Shown: piece by piece, positions 8,889 to 19,046 of the stretch
Position numbering within the stretch: the stretch's first letter is position 1
Layout: every line of letters starts with the position of its first letter
Source: Microgenomates group bacterium
GTDB lineage: Bacteria > Patescibacteriota > Microgenomatia > UBA12405
Direction: 5' to 3'
DNA length: 64,000 nt
NCBI GenBank assembly: GCA_049303675.1
Contig: JBAQNJ010000001.1
Span: 600,711-664,710, forward strand
Translations under genes and position numbers: made by a program
The notes under the pieces: model-generated
The model's database searches: none
What the model was told of the DNA's origin: nothing
What the model saw: the letters and a program-made list of their open reading frames with translations, nothing else

Positions 8889-8940
8889 AGGCGTGATTTA
8901 TCTCTTGACACTTAGCACCACCCTTGTTAGACTGCTAAAT

Positions 8941-11304
8941 ATGTCAGAAAATACCATCGTCACTCTCGAACCAATTAAGAAGGTTTTACCCCTTATTCCT
9001 CTTCGTAACTTAGTTCTCTTTCCCTCAGTCGAGACCTCCCTCTTTTTTGGTCGCAAAGAATCCATGAATTCCCTTTTGCATGCCTACGATAACACCAATA
9101 AATTAGTCATAATTACTACTCAGCACAATTCCAAGACGGAGAAACCAGAGCTCAAAGATCTCTATTCTGTCGGTGTTTTGGCTCGGATCGAACACATTCT
9201 CCACACCGATGGTAGCCTCCATGCCATAGTTAAGGGTATTTCTCGGGTCAATATTGTTAATCTCATTCAAACTGAGCCCCATTTTATGGTCGAGTTTGTC
9301 GATCTGCCCATTATTACCGAGTCACTCACCGATATCCAGCAATCCGCCGAAGTCCTTCTCGATCAGCTCAAAAAGGCCTTTGCCATGGGTCGTCAATTTG
9401 ACCTCCCCGCCATGATGCAGCTCAGTACTGGCGTCAGTAGTTCCGATCTGGCCGATCAGGTTTGTTTTTCCGTCAACACCAAATTAGTCGAGAAACAGCA
9501 ATTATTGGAGACCCTCATGGTCAGCCAGCGTCTCCGCGCTGCCGCTGAATATTTAGTCAAAGAAATGAAGGTGGCTGAATTGGAGCGATCGATTGAGGAC
9601 AAAACCCAAGAAAAATTTAATAGCAATATGAAGCGCAATGTTCTCGAGGAGCGTAAACATCAAATCGAAAAGGAACTGAAAAAGTTAGGCCACGAGACTG
9701 GCAGCGACACCGATGAGTTAGGTAAAAAAATAAAAAAGAGTCCCATGCCCAAGGATATTAAGAAGAAGGTTTTAAAAGAGCTTCATCGTCTCGAAGAAAT
9801 GGGTAGTATGTCTCCCGAGTCTAGTTATATTCGCACCTATCTTGAGGTAGTTGTTGAATTACCTTGGGGTAAATATGCTAAATCAAAATTAAGTATCGAG
9901 CAAGCCGAAAAAATACTCGACCACGATCACTATGGTTTGCGCGAGGTCAAGGAACGTATTTTAGAATATCTCGCTGTTCTCAAAATCAAAGAATCTCAAA
10001 AATCTCCCGACCAAACAGCCTCTGCCAATATCCTTTGTTTTATTGGACCTCCGGGCGTGGGTAAGACATCTCTCGGTAAATCTATTGCTCGAGCCATGGG
10101 CCGCGAGTTTATTCGTGCCTCTTTAGGCGGAATCCGTGATGAGGCCGAGATTCGTGGTCATCGCCGGACTTATGTTGGCGCTATGCCTGGTCGTATCGTC
10201 AAAGGGCTAAAAGAAGCCAAATCTATGAATCCTGTTTTTATGCTCGATGAAGTCGACAAAATTGGGGCCGATTATCGCGGCGACCCATCCGCTGCTCTTT
10301 TGGAAACTCTCGATCCCGAGCAGAACCGAGAGTTCACTGACCATTATCTCGACTTCCCCCTCGACCTTTCCAAAGTATTTTTTATCCTTACTGGCAATGA
10401 TCTTGGCTCTATTCCCTATGCTCTGCGAGACAGATTGGAGATAATTAATTTTAGTGGCTATACTCTCGAAGAAAAATTCAATATTGCCAAAAAATATCTT
10501 ACCAAAAAACAATTGGCCGCCAATGGTCTGCGCGATTCCCAAATACCGCCAATTACTGATGATACCTATCGTTACCTGATCGACAAATATACCCGTGAGG
10601 CTGGGGTGCGCAATTTAGAGCGGACTATTTCCACCTTATACCGCAAAGTTGTCCGTCACATTGTCTCCAAAAAAACTCTGAAAATAGATATCAACAGTCC
10701 CAAAGTCATCCAAAAATATTTAGGTCCAGAAAAATTTTCCTCCCAACTCAAGGGCAAAAAAGACGAGGTTGGCGTCAGCACTGGATTGGCATGGACTAGT
10801 GTTGGTGGCGATATCCTTTTTATCGAAGTCAATGTCATGCCCGGCAAAGGTAGTCTAATTTTGACCGGTAAATTGGGCAGTGTCATGAAAGAATCATGTC
10901 AGGCCGCCGTTTCTTTTGTTCGTTCCATGTCCACCGAATGGGGGATCAAGCAAGACTTTCACAAAATCGACATTCACATTCATGTTCCCGAGGGAGCCAC
11001 TCCCAAGGATGGCCCTAGCGCAGGTGGCGCCATTACCACTGCTCTAGTTTCGGCTCTCAAGAATATCCCTATGCCTCGCGATATTGCCATGACTGGCGAA
11101 ATAACCCTCCGTGGTAATATTCTCGAGATTGGCGGGTTGAAGGAGAAAACTATTGCCGCTGCCCGGGCTGGTATCAAAACCATCTTTTTCCCACATGACA
11201 ATGTCAAGTCATTAGTCGAAGTTCCAGCCGAGGTCAAAAAAGCTATCAAATTTATCCCTGTCGCTCATTATTCCCAGATTTATCGTCAAATATTCAAAAA
11301 GTAG
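8941..11304 (+). CDS. lon: ATP-dependent Lon protease
   Basis: Lon N-domain, AAA+ Walker A GPPGVGKTSLGKS, and a C-terminal S16 protease with the catalytic DGPSAG. ORF begins at 8884, but the first 19 codons overlap repeat copy C, so the start is set at MSENTIV (8941). Confidence 0.9.
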   Translation: MSENTIVTLEPIKKVLPLIPLRNLVLFPSVETSLFFGRKESMNSLLHAYDNTNKLVIITTQHNSKTEKPELKDLYSVGVLARIEHILHTDGSLHAIVKGISRVNIVNLIQTEPHFMVEFVDLPIITESLTDIQQSAEVLLDQLKKAFAMGRQFDLPAMMQLSTGVSSSDLADQVCFSVNTKLVEKQQLLETLMVSQRLRAAAEYLVKEMKVAELERSIEDKTQEKFNSNMKRNVLEERKHQIEKELKKLGHETGSDTDELGKKIKKSPMPKDIKKKVLKELHRLEEMGSMSPESSYIRTYLEVVVELPWGKYAKSKLSIEQAEKILDHDHYGLREVKERILEYLAVLKIKESQKSPDQTASANILCFIGPPGVGKTSLGKSIARAMGREFIRASLGGIRDEAEIRGHRRTYVGAMPGRIVKGLKEAKSMNPVFMLDEVDKIGADYRGDPSAALLETLDPEQNREFTDHYLDFPLDLSKVFFILTGNDLGSIPYALRDRLEIINFSGYTLEEKFNIAKKYLTKKQLAANGLRDSQIPPITDDTYRYLIDKYTREAGVRNLERTISTLYRKVVRHIVSKKTLKIDINSPKVIQKYLGPEKFSSQLKGKKDEVGVSTGLAWTSVGGDILFIEVNVMPGKGSLILTGKLGSVMKESCQAAVSFVRSMSTEWGIKQDFHKIDIHIHVPEGATPKDGPSAGGAITTALVSALKNIPMPRDIAMTGEITLRGNILEIGGLKEKTIAAARAGIKTIFFPHDNVKSLVEVPAEVKKAIKFIPVAHYSQIYRQIFKK

Positions 11305-12325
11305 TCGGCTCCAATTTGTCTCCCACACTAATTCTAGCTGCCGTCATATAAAACAGCAGCCAACTATTAATGTTAATCACATTTAGTCCGCTGATTATTA
11401 GAAAGGCAATCAAAAATATTTGACTGTCGCGATCGCCAGCCCTAAATAAGCAATAAAATAAGCCGACCCAGATAAATAAGCCCACAATTCCCGTATTTAC
11501 GGCTATATCAAGTAGTATATTGTGGGCCCTGTCTACTCGAATATTTTTTAGATCAAAATCCTTATCGGTCAAGATTGATTTAAAACCAGTCTCATACCCC
11601 TCCGGTCCCCATCCCCATAGGGGTTTATTCCAAATTATTTCAGTAGACTTACTCCAGATAGTTAGCCGGTTATCAAAATGAGAGATACTTTTCTTAGGGA
11701 AAATAATTATCAAAATTATCCCTGCCACCAGTCCCAACCCCAGTAACTTCCGGTTTATATTCATCAGCCCTGATATTAGCCACGCTAGTCCCGCCGATCG
11801 ACTATTAGTCAGCCAACAAATTATTCCCGCTCCGAGTTTATCGATTGACCAGACAGAGTTTATCGATAATAGCGCCAAATATGCCGCGATAAAATTTGGA
11901 TTTCCCATCAGTGGCCACTTTAGGGCTAGGAGGCTTAGTCCACCTCCCAGCCACCAAATCATTTTATTTTTAGCATCCCTAGTTAGTTTCATTTGCTTAC
12001 TCAAAAAATACCATTCGATCATTGACCCAATGGTTATTAGTCCAGAATATCGATAGATATCTCCCACCAATCCGTTATACCGGAGTCCATTCACTAGCCA
12101 GCTAATTAAATTAACTAGTCCCATCGCTAAAATTAAATAATCAATTTGGTTCTCCACCCTAAAAAATGTTTTTTTTGTCTTGAGAATATAGGCCACTCCC
12201 CACCCATTTACTCCTGCCAAAAACACCAAAAATTTAGGAAATTCATAGTCGATATTTCCCCGAAAATATACCAGTGGCAGTACCCCTAGCCAAAATATCC
12301 AGTATGTCCTTGTAAATTTATCCAT
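11294..12325 (-). CDS. O-antigen ligase (Wzy_C) family membrane protein
   Basis: Multi-TM protein carrying the Wzy_C-type motif RVDRAHNILLDIAVNTGIVGLFIW. Confidence 0.55.
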   Translation of the reverse strand: MDKFTRTYWIFWLGVLPLVYFRGNIDYEFPKFLVFLAGVNGWGVAYILKTKKTFFRVENQIDYLILAMGLVNLISWLVNGLRYNGLVGDIYRYSGLITIGSMIEWYFLSKQMKLTRDAKNKMIWWLGGGLSLLALKWPLMGNPNFIAAYLALLSINSVWSIDKLGAGIICWLTNSRSAGLAWLISGLMNINRKLLGLGLVAGIILIIIFPKKSISHFDNRLTIWSKSTEIIWNKPLWGWGPEGYETGFKSILTDKDFDLKNIRVDRAHNILLDIAVNTGIVGLFIWVGLFYCLFRAGDRDSQIFLIAFLIISGLNVININSWLLFYMTAARISVGDKLEPTTF

Positions 12326-12344
12326 TGTTAATTATAACTATATT

Positions 12345-13148
12345 ATGAAATCATTAGCCAGTCGTCATCAGCTTTATACTGCCTATTTACTGGCTACTCT
12401 TGCTCTTGTTTTACCCCTAATTGGCTATCAGACAATTTTTTCTTCCAAAGCTGCCCCAGTTACACCACCCATCACCCCTCCGATCACTCCTATTCCAACG
12501 CTATTTCCTCAAAGCATTACTGTTATTACTCCCACCGAGGGAGACATAATCCACCTTGGCAAAATTTATGTCATCAAATGGCAGGCCCTGACTCCCAGTG
12601 CTACCTTTGTCATCACTCTGCGCAATGATCGAGGTGAATCTACCATGATTGCCACCACCAAGCGTCCCGACAATTTTAGTTGGCGGGTATCAGTCCCCAG
12701 CACTTTGTTGGACCGCAGTCAATATTTTCAAATAATGGTTTCCAACACAGTCAACCTTAATCAGGTTAGTGGTCTTAGTGGCAAATTCACTATCACCCCA
12801 GTGAACCATCCTCCAGTTATCAATCTCGCCACCCCAGTCAACTTTCGTTACAACCAATACTTCTCTCTGCCATTTACTATGACCGATAGCGACCAAGACA
12901 AAATAAATGTCTTTATTACTAATCTTCCCAAAACAGTCAAATATATTTTGACTGATTCCATCGATGGTCAAGTATCGGGACAAATATTTGGGACAGTCTC
13001 CTCGCCGGCAACTATTATTATCAAGGCCACCGACAACTATGGTGGCATAACCAAGCGAAATCTAATTCTCAAACAATTAATTACTCCCACTCCTACTCCT
13101 TCGCCTAGCCGTGCCCCTACCCCGACTCCAATTAGGTTACCCTTATAA
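12345..13148 (+). CDS. hypothetical secreted protein with Pro/Thr-rich linkers
   Basis: Signal-peptide-like N-terminus, PVTPPITPPITPIPT near the N-terminus and TPTPTPSPSRAPTPTP at the C-terminus, flanking a beta-rich middle region. Confidence 0.5.
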   Translation: MKSLASRHQLYTAYLLATLALVLPLIGYQTIFSSKAAPVTPPITPPITPIPTLFPQSITVITPTEGDIIHLGKIYVIKWQALTPSATFVITLRNDRGESTMIATTKRPDNFSWRVSVPSTLLDRSQYFQIMVSNTVNLNQVSGLSGKFTITPVNHPPVINLATPVNFRYNQYFSLPFTMTDSDQDKINVFITNLPKTVKYILTDSIDGQVSGQIFGTVSSPATIIIKATDNYGGITKRNLILKQLITPTPTPSPSRAPTPTPIRLPL

Positions 13149-13385
13149 TTTTTTATCTAGACTCGCTAGATAATTTTCACTCGGTGGTGAAGCCAATGTG
13201 TTATCAGGTGTGGCATCCTGTTTGGCTCTGGCCTCAAACTCTTCCCGTCGACCCCCGTTTCTAATAGCCAATAGTACCTGAGGATTGGCAGTTTTTATAT
13301 CCAGACTGCCACTAGCCAACAATCTGGCAGCTTCATTTAGCATTTTTTGCATACCATCTTCTAGCCACATCACCGAATATACCAC
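13143..13385 (-). CDS. hypothetical small protein (uncertain)
   Basis: 80-aa ORF immediately downstream of the argS stop; no recognisable domain. Confidence 0.25.
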   Translation of the reverse strand: MVYSVMWLEDGMQKMLNEAARLLASGSLDIKTANPQVLLAIRNGGRREEFEARAKQDATPDNTLASPPSENYLASLDKKL

Positions 13386-13394
13386 ACTTTCCCC

Positions 13395-15779
13395 CTACAT
13401 CTTCTCCAGCGTTTCAATACCTAGCAAGTTCAATCCAGTTTTGAGTATTCTAGCGCTCACTGCGGTCAAAAATAGTCGCCTTTCCTCTTCCGGTTCACCA
13501 ATTATCCGGCACTTGGCATAAAACTCATTATATTTTCTGGCGAGGTTGAGGAGATATTCAGCGATAACTGCTGGCGAGTATCGCTCTGCCGCCTCCACAA
13601 TTTTTTCATTAAAAATATAAAAATATCGCAGCAGCGGCATTTCATTCTCATCAAACCCCTCAAGTTTTGTTTTTTTATTTTTTACTTTTGTCTTTTGTAG
13701 CACGCTGGTACAGCGTGCAAAAGTATATTGTAAATATGGTCCACTATTTCCATTCAAATCAATTGATTTTTTTATATCAAAGATACTATTTTGAGTCGGG
13801 TCGCTTCTTAAAACTGAAAATTTAACCGCTCCTATGGTTACTTTTTCCGCCACCTCATCTTTGTTTTCGACACCTTCCTTAATCAATTTTCTTACCTCAT
13901 CTTTAGTTTCATCCAAAATACTATCAACTGTAACAATGTCTCCAGTTCTTGAAGACATTTTTTTACCTACCAAATTTACCATTCCCATTGGCAGATGATA
14001 TTGTCGATCTTTATACCACGGATCCAATAACTCCAGAGCCTGAATCACCACCCTAAAGTAGCCGGATTGTTCATTTCCGACTACATGAATATTTTTATCA
14101 TATGCAAATTCCTTTCTCTGGGCCACTGCCAGCCCCATTTCTTTACCTTCATATGTCACCGTTCCGGCTCCGGTAATAAACACCCGCTTGTGTAATCCAT
14201 ACTTGCTACCGTCAAATACAATAGCTCCCTCATCTCCTTTTTCAAAAACTTTTCCCAAATTATCTAATACAATTTGTTTCCCTATTTCCGATATCTGACT
14301 CTCAAAAAATAAACTGTCAAACTTGGTGTAAAATCTGGCGTAAAATTCTTCATAATAATTCAGGCTCCACTGTCTAGTTGTTTGGTACAAACCCCAAATT
14401 GATTTATCTTTTTGATATAGCTTTTGATTAATCTCATCAATTTCAGCCTTATTTTCATTTTCATAATCAGTGCATCCTAATGCGTAAGCTTTACCCAAAA
14501 AATGGGCCTTTTCTGCGTTAGTTTTTTTCTGCCAGCTTTCCAAGTCTTCGTTATTCGCCTTAAATAATTTCATCACTCCCCAAAGCGCTTTAGCCACATG
14601 CGGTCCAATATCACCCTGGTAATTAGCCCTAAATACTTTCGCTCCGGTAGTTTCAAATATCCTTCCCAAAGACTCCCCTGTGATCAATGTTCTCATGTGC
14701 CCCACATGCAATTCTTTGTGGGTATTCGGGTGGGCAAATTCCACCATCACTTTCTTTTTAGCGTTTAACTGACTTAGCTCATTCTTAAATTTTTCATTTA
14801 AAATATTTTCTGCCTCTTCCACCAACACATTATTTTTTATCCAAATATTAGAAAATCCAGCCACCTTATCTACTTTTTCAACAATATCAAGATTTAACAA
14901 ATCAAAATTTCCCCTAACGGCATAGTCCCCAAACTTTTCCACTGTTGGGTGATTAACAGCAGCTTTTGTGGCTTCAAAAATTTGTTTTGCTAGAAAATAA
15001 TATTTTTTTTCTTGTTTAATCTGTACTGGTGTCTCTTGTGGTTGCCACTCCTCAATATTTTTAGTTACAAAATCAATTTCTGCCACCGAATGATCTCTGT
15101 CCAGCCACAAAATTTCACTTTTACCTCCAAACAATTCTTTAACTTTTGATACAAATTCCTCAGCTGAATTTTTAATCAAGTCATTATTAACACCCTTAAA
15201 TCCATCCATCACGAAATATCCGTTTTTAGAGCCGGAAGTTAATTTCGTTCTTTCACACTGTCTCCAATTCAAAGCCCTCGTCGACAAATCTTTATCATCA
15301 CCCCACACCAATTCTCCCTTGACCGCTTCTTTACTTTTTTTGCCACCAATTGGAAACCACTTTTCCCCACCATTGGCGAAAAACAATCTAAAGTTCCCAT
15401 ATACCGTATCCAAATCCTCACCACCAAATGGTGTGGACTTGGCAATACTAAAACCATTGTACAGATTTACCATTGGATTAATATTTGGTATTTGTCCGCC
15501 TTCCAAAACTCTGCGGGACAAGGCTACATGAGCCGGCATAAATACTTTGGGATCAGATCCAAAGTCACTAAAACACTTTTCGTATGCAGTGACATTTTCA
15601 AGCTCATTAAAATTCTGTAAAGTAAATTTATTCCTCAATGCCACTTCCGAATTTCTCAAAAATTCCAGAGCATCTGCGACTGATTTATGATTATCAAATC
15701 CCAGAATAATAGGTATCGCCACCACCAAATCCGGAAATTTTTCAAATACTTTTTTATCAACTATAAATTTCATACACAT
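13395..15779 (-). CDS. argS: arginyl-tRNA synthetase with an N-terminal B3/4-like domain fusion
   Basis: Class I core with the HIGH-region PNTHKELHVGHMRTL, an ArgRS N-terminal add-on domain, and a DALR-type C-terminus ending LLGIETLEKM. The extra ~210 N-terminal residues resemble the B3/4 tRNA-binding/editing fold (NINPMVNLYNGFSIAKSTPFGGEDLDTVYGNFRLFFANGGE). Confidence 0.85.
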   Translation of the reverse strand: MCMKFIVDKKVFEKFPDLVVAIPIILGFDNHKSVADALEFLRNSEVALRNKFTLQNFNELENVTAYEKCFSDFGSDPKVFMPAHVALSRRVLEGGQIPNINPMVNLYNGFSIAKSTPFGGEDLDTVYGNFRLFFANGGEKWFPIGGKKSKEAVKGELVWGDDKDLSTRALNWRQCERTKLTSGSKNGYFVMDGFKGVNNDLIKNSAEEFVSKVKELFGGKSEILWLDRDHSVAEIDFVTKNIEEWQPQETPVQIKQEKKYYFLAKQIFEATKAAVNHPTVEKFGDYAVRGNFDLLNLDIVEKVDKVAGFSNIWIKNNVLVEEAENILNEKFKNELSQLNAKKKVMVEFAHPNTHKELHVGHMRTLITGESLGRIFETTGAKVFRANYQGDIGPHVAKALWGVMKLFKANNEDLESWQKKTNAEKAHFLGKAYALGCTDYENENKAEIDEINQKLYQKDKSIWGLYQTTRQWSLNYYEEFYARFYTKFDSLFFESQISEIGKQIVLDNLGKVFEKGDEGAIVFDGSKYGLHKRVFITGAGTVTYEGKEMGLAVAQRKEFAYDKNIHVVGNEQSGYFRVVIQALELLDPWYKDRQYHLPMGMVNLVGKKMSSRTGDIVTVDSILDETKDEVRKLIKEGVENKDEVAEKVTIGAVKFSVLRSDPTQNSIFDIKKSIDLNGNSGPYLQYTFARCTSVLQKTKVKNKKTKLEGFDENEMPLLRYFYIFNEKIVEAAERYSPAVIAEYLLNLARKYNEFYAKCRIIGEPEEERRLFLTAVSARILKTGLNLLGIETLEKM

Positions 15780-15786
15780 ATTATAT

Positions 15787-16869
15787 CTAATACTTCAATA
15801 ACTTATTAAACCTTAATACATTTGACTCCACATATTTTTTGGCCATCAATATTTCCTCAACCCCGATCCACTCGTCCTTTGTATGCGCCTTAGCGCCGCC
15901 ATGACATATAGAAAATACCGGAGCGTACTGGCAAAGATAATTAGCGTCACTACTGGCATACATTGTTTCTGCTCTAAACTCTACGCCGCAATCTATTGCT
16001 GCCAATCGTAAAATTTTAAGTAGTTTAGAATCATTTTTTGCCATCCACACCGGCACTCCACTATGTTCTAAGTATGTCAATTTATAGGTGGAGTGACTAT
16101 CCGCACAAACCCTATTCACCAGTGAGTCTAATTTTTCAAAGTTAAGTTTCAAGCTCTGATTATCTATAGATCTCATCTCTCCAATTATTTTGACATAGTC
16201 TGACACTACATTAGTTGCCCCGCCACCTTCGATCTTACCGACATTGCATGTATTATTATTCTCATCCTTTCCTTGTTTTATTAGGCTAATAACCTTAGCG
16301 GCGATTTCAATGGCATTAACACCATCTTCCGGATGTTTGGCCGCGTGGGCAGCCTTTCCATATATATCCAGTTCAAAAACAATCTGTCCCATTCCCGCAT
16401 TGTTGACAGTCCCCACCGGTTCAGAACCATCAATGTTTAAAATTAATTTGGGACAATATTTTCCAATATCAGCCTTGGCTGAGCTCATTACACCAGCTTC
16501 TTCATTGGCCGTAAATATTAGCCCACAATTATCCAAAACCAGAGTGTTTGTAGCCATATATACTAATATGGCTACGCCCACCTTATTGTCAGCTCCCAGT
16601 ATAGTGGTGCCGTCACTTTTGATTATCTGTCCCTCTATGATCGGCGTTACCATCTCGCCAACTTGTTGAACAGTGTCCAGATGTGCCGTCAGCCAAATAC
16701 TCGGTCGAATTTTTTTAAATGCCAACAAATTGCCGCCGCTATCTATTTCTGTCTGCCAGCAGGATTGGTGCAGTTTTTCCTGAATAATATGTTTTATATT
16801 ATCTTCCCCACCCGACGGAGAGGCTATTTTGACCAATTCTATAAATAAGTCGATTAGTTCACTTTTCAT
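15787..16869 (-). CDS. M20-family metallopeptidase (PepT/tripeptidase-like)
   Basis: The metal-binding motifs AHLDTVQ and GADNKVGVA are arranged as in M20 peptidases. Confidence 0.6.
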   Translation of the reverse strand: MKSELIDLFIELVKIASPSGGEDNIKHIIQEKLHQSCWQTEIDSGGNLLAFKKIRPSIWLTAHLDTVQQVGEMVTPIIEGQIIKSDGTTILGADNKVGVAILVYMATNTLVLDNCGLIFTANEEAGVMSSAKADIGKYCPKLILNIDGSEPVGTVNNAGMGQIVFELDIYGKAAHAAKHPEDGVNAIEIAAKVISLIKQGKDENNNTCNVGKIEGGGATNVVSDYVKIIGEMRSIDNQSLKLNFEKLDSLVNRVCADSHSTYKLTYLEHSGVPVWMAKNDSKLLKILRLAAIDCGVEFRAETMYASSDANYLCQYAPVFSICHGGAKAHTKDEWIGVEEILMAKKYVESNVLRFNKLLKY

Positions 16870-17491
16870 TATTAGTATTTAATAAATAAACTTTGCAGCC
16901 ACAGTTGCCCCCACATCGCAAAAAACATCCAGACTCGTTATCAGGTAGAACTTCAACTGGTGGGCAAGCATCTCCCAAAGAAGGTAAGTTTTGTCGCACT
17001 GATACCATCGGTTCTTCTTCAAACCCCAACTTAGTCATAATACCCCGGCTCTTGCTGGTGGCTTCAGTAAATCCCACAAACTGCCACTCAGGATATTTTT
17101 CTGCCGCCATTTTAATCATCAGTTTTTTCATGACCGAGTTAATTCCCTTACCGGTAAATGCCTTCGCCGTGAGAGCAGATCGTAGTTCGCAACAGTTAAT
17201 TGTTGGCCACAGCCCCAATCCTTGAAATGCTACCACCCTACCCACTTCGTCTTTGGCAACTAGTCCATTCCCCATTTGTACAAACCCAGAAATTGTACTA
17301 TTGGCTTCTTTTCCATTTCCCACTCCAACTAGTGCCTCCTGACCCATGACTAAACTTACAATTTCCTCAACTTCGTTGACGGTAGCTAGCATTACTGTCA
17401 CACCAGCGCCAACCAAGGTGACACATCCATGGTTTTGCCACTCTTGCCAGAGGTCAGGCGGTATTTCCCAGTGTTTTACTTTTTCACTCAT
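16859..17491 (-). CDS. GNAT-like acetyltransferase with Cys-rich C-terminal tail
   Basis: GNAT-like acetyl-CoA motif region FTGKGINSVMKKLM; the C-terminus CFLRCGGNCGCKVY suggests a metal-binding tail. Confidence 0.4.
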   Translation of the reverse strand: MSEKVKHWEIPPDLWQEWQNHGCVTLVGAGVTVMLATVNEVEEIVSLVMGQEALVGVGNGKEANSTISGFVQMGNGLVAKDEVGRVVAFQGLGLWPTINCCELRSALTAKAFTGKGINSVMKKLMIKMAAEKYPEWQFVGFTEATSKSRGIMTKLGFEEEPMVSVRQNLPSLGDACPPVEVLPDNESGCFLRCGGNCGCKVYLLNTNNEK

Positions 17492-17504
17492 ATTGTCTAA
17501 AAAA

Positions 17505-17570
17505 TAATTAAATAAAAAGCCCCTTCGACCCCGAAAAAAATTTCGGGACCAAAGGGGCCTTTTAGATAAT
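17505..17570. other. nested perfect hairpin flanked by T/A runs (bidirectional terminator-like), part of a structured 265-bp intergenic region
   Basis: AAAAAGCCCCTT-CGACCCCGAAAaaaaTTTCGGGACC-AAAGGGGCCTTTT. Additional stems further 3': CCGCCAttatgatGTGGCGG and CCTCAAAT...ATTTGAGG. Confidence 0.4.
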
Positions 17571-17756
17571 AGGCGATACCACCCTTCTTCAACTCCTCAA
17601 ATAAAAATCCGCCATTATGATGTGGCGGAGTTCAACTGAAATTTGAGGAATCCTCATTAATTTTCAGCGCTCCGTTGCCGACACGCCTTGCTCATTTAAC
17701 AGTTTGCTTCTGTATCCCATTTTGGGGATCACCTCTTCGGGCGCGACTCCGAATTA

Positions 17757-19040
17757 ATGGTTTATAAAAATATTATAGCCCATAATACAAGTATGTCAAC
17801 TAGTCAAATCAGCCAATATCTAATACAATCAACTATGTTATATACACCCTCTCAAAAAATTCTCGACAATTATGCCCGAGTTCTGATCAATTATGGACTC
17901 AATGGCGGGCGGGGGATTAGGACTGGGGAGGTGGTTTTCTTAGAAGTCCCCGAGAGTGCCAAACCCCTACTGCTTTCCTTATACAAAGTCGTTCTCGAGT
18001 CCGGTGGTCATCCAATTATCCAATACCTCCCCGATGAAATTGACTCCCATTTTTTTACCCACGCCTCTGCCGAGCAAATAAATTATTTCCCCGCCAAGTT
18101 TCTCAAAGGCAAAATTTCTGAGGCCGACCACTTTGTCCGCATCTTAGCCGAGACCAATTTACACGAACTCGAAGGTATCGACCCCCACAAAATAATGCAG
18201 AAAAATTCCGCCCTCAAACCTTATCTCGATTGGCGCCAGCGTAAAGAATCAAAAGGCCGGTTTTCTTGGACTCTTGGTCTCTATCCCACTCCTGCCATGG
18301 CCCGCGAAGCCCATATGTCCCTGAGGACCTGCTGGCAACAAGTTGTCCAAGCCTGCTATCTCGACAATCCTCAACCCATAAAAAAATGGCAGCAGATTGA
18401 ATCAAACATTAAAACAGTCATCACTAAATTAAACGAACTGCCAATCATCAGTCTAAATATAAAAGCAGCGGGGACAGATTTGACCATTGGTTTGGATAAA
18501 AATCGTCGCTGGCTTGGTGGCGGTGGCTGTAATATACCCTCATTTGAAATATTCATTTCCCCAGATTTTCACCGTACTAGTGGTCATATTTCTTTCAACC
18601 TGCCACTTTATCGCTATGGAAATGAGATTAGAGATATTTATTTAGAATTTATCGATGGACATGTCGTCAAGAGTACGGCTTCAAAAGGCGAATCTGTTCT
18701 CCGTAAAATGATTGCCACTCCCAATGCTGATTTAGTCGGCGAATTTTCATTGACTGATCGGCGTTTTTCCCATATTAATCGTTTTATGGCCGAGACACTT
18801 TATGATGAAAATTTTGGTGGACGGTACGGCAATACCCATCTAGCATTGGGCATGTCTTTTCACGAATGCTATCCACATTCTCAGTCAAAGTTAACGGCTA
18901 CAGATTGGCAAAATCTGGGCTACAGCGATTCGGTAATCCATACCGATATTATCAGCACCTCCAATCGTCGGGTTGTGGCCACTCTCGCCGACGGCTCCCA
19001 AAATGTTATTTATCAAAATGGTCAGTTTACTCTGCTATAA
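17757..19040 (+). CDS. aminopeptidase, M29 (AmpS/PepS) family
   Basis: N-terminal LDNYARVLINYGLNGGRGIRTGEVVFLEVP and overall length fit the M29 family. The true start may be the internal Met at 17793 or 17835. Confidence 0.65.
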   Translation: MVYKNIIAHNTSMSTSQISQYLIQSTMLYTPSQKILDNYARVLINYGLNGGRGIRTGEVVFLEVPESAKPLLLSLYKVVLESGGHPIIQYLPDEIDSHFFTHASAEQINYFPAKFLKGKISEADHFVRILAETNLHELEGIDPHKIMQKNSALKPYLDWRQRKESKGRFSWTLGLYPTPAMAREAHMSLRTCWQQVVQACYLDNPQPIKKWQQIESNIKTVITKLNELPIISLNIKAAGTDLTIGLDKNRRWLGGGGCNIPSFEIFISPDFHRTSGHISFNLPLYRYGNEIRDIYLEFIDGHVVKSTASKGESVLRKMIATPNADLVGEFSLTDRRFSHINRFMAETLYDENFGGRYGNTHLALGMSFHECYPHSQSKLTATDWQNLGYSDSVIHTDIISTSNRRVVATLADGSQNVIYQNGQFTLL

Positions 19041-19046
19041 TTTCCT

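Noticed and set aside
8884-8940. Upstream extension of lon starting at 8884 (MKGVIYLLTLSTTLVRLLN)
   Set aside because: These codons overlap the palindromic repeat copy C and the hydrophobic extension is not Lon-like. The conserved Lon N-terminus begins at MSENTIVTLEP (8941).
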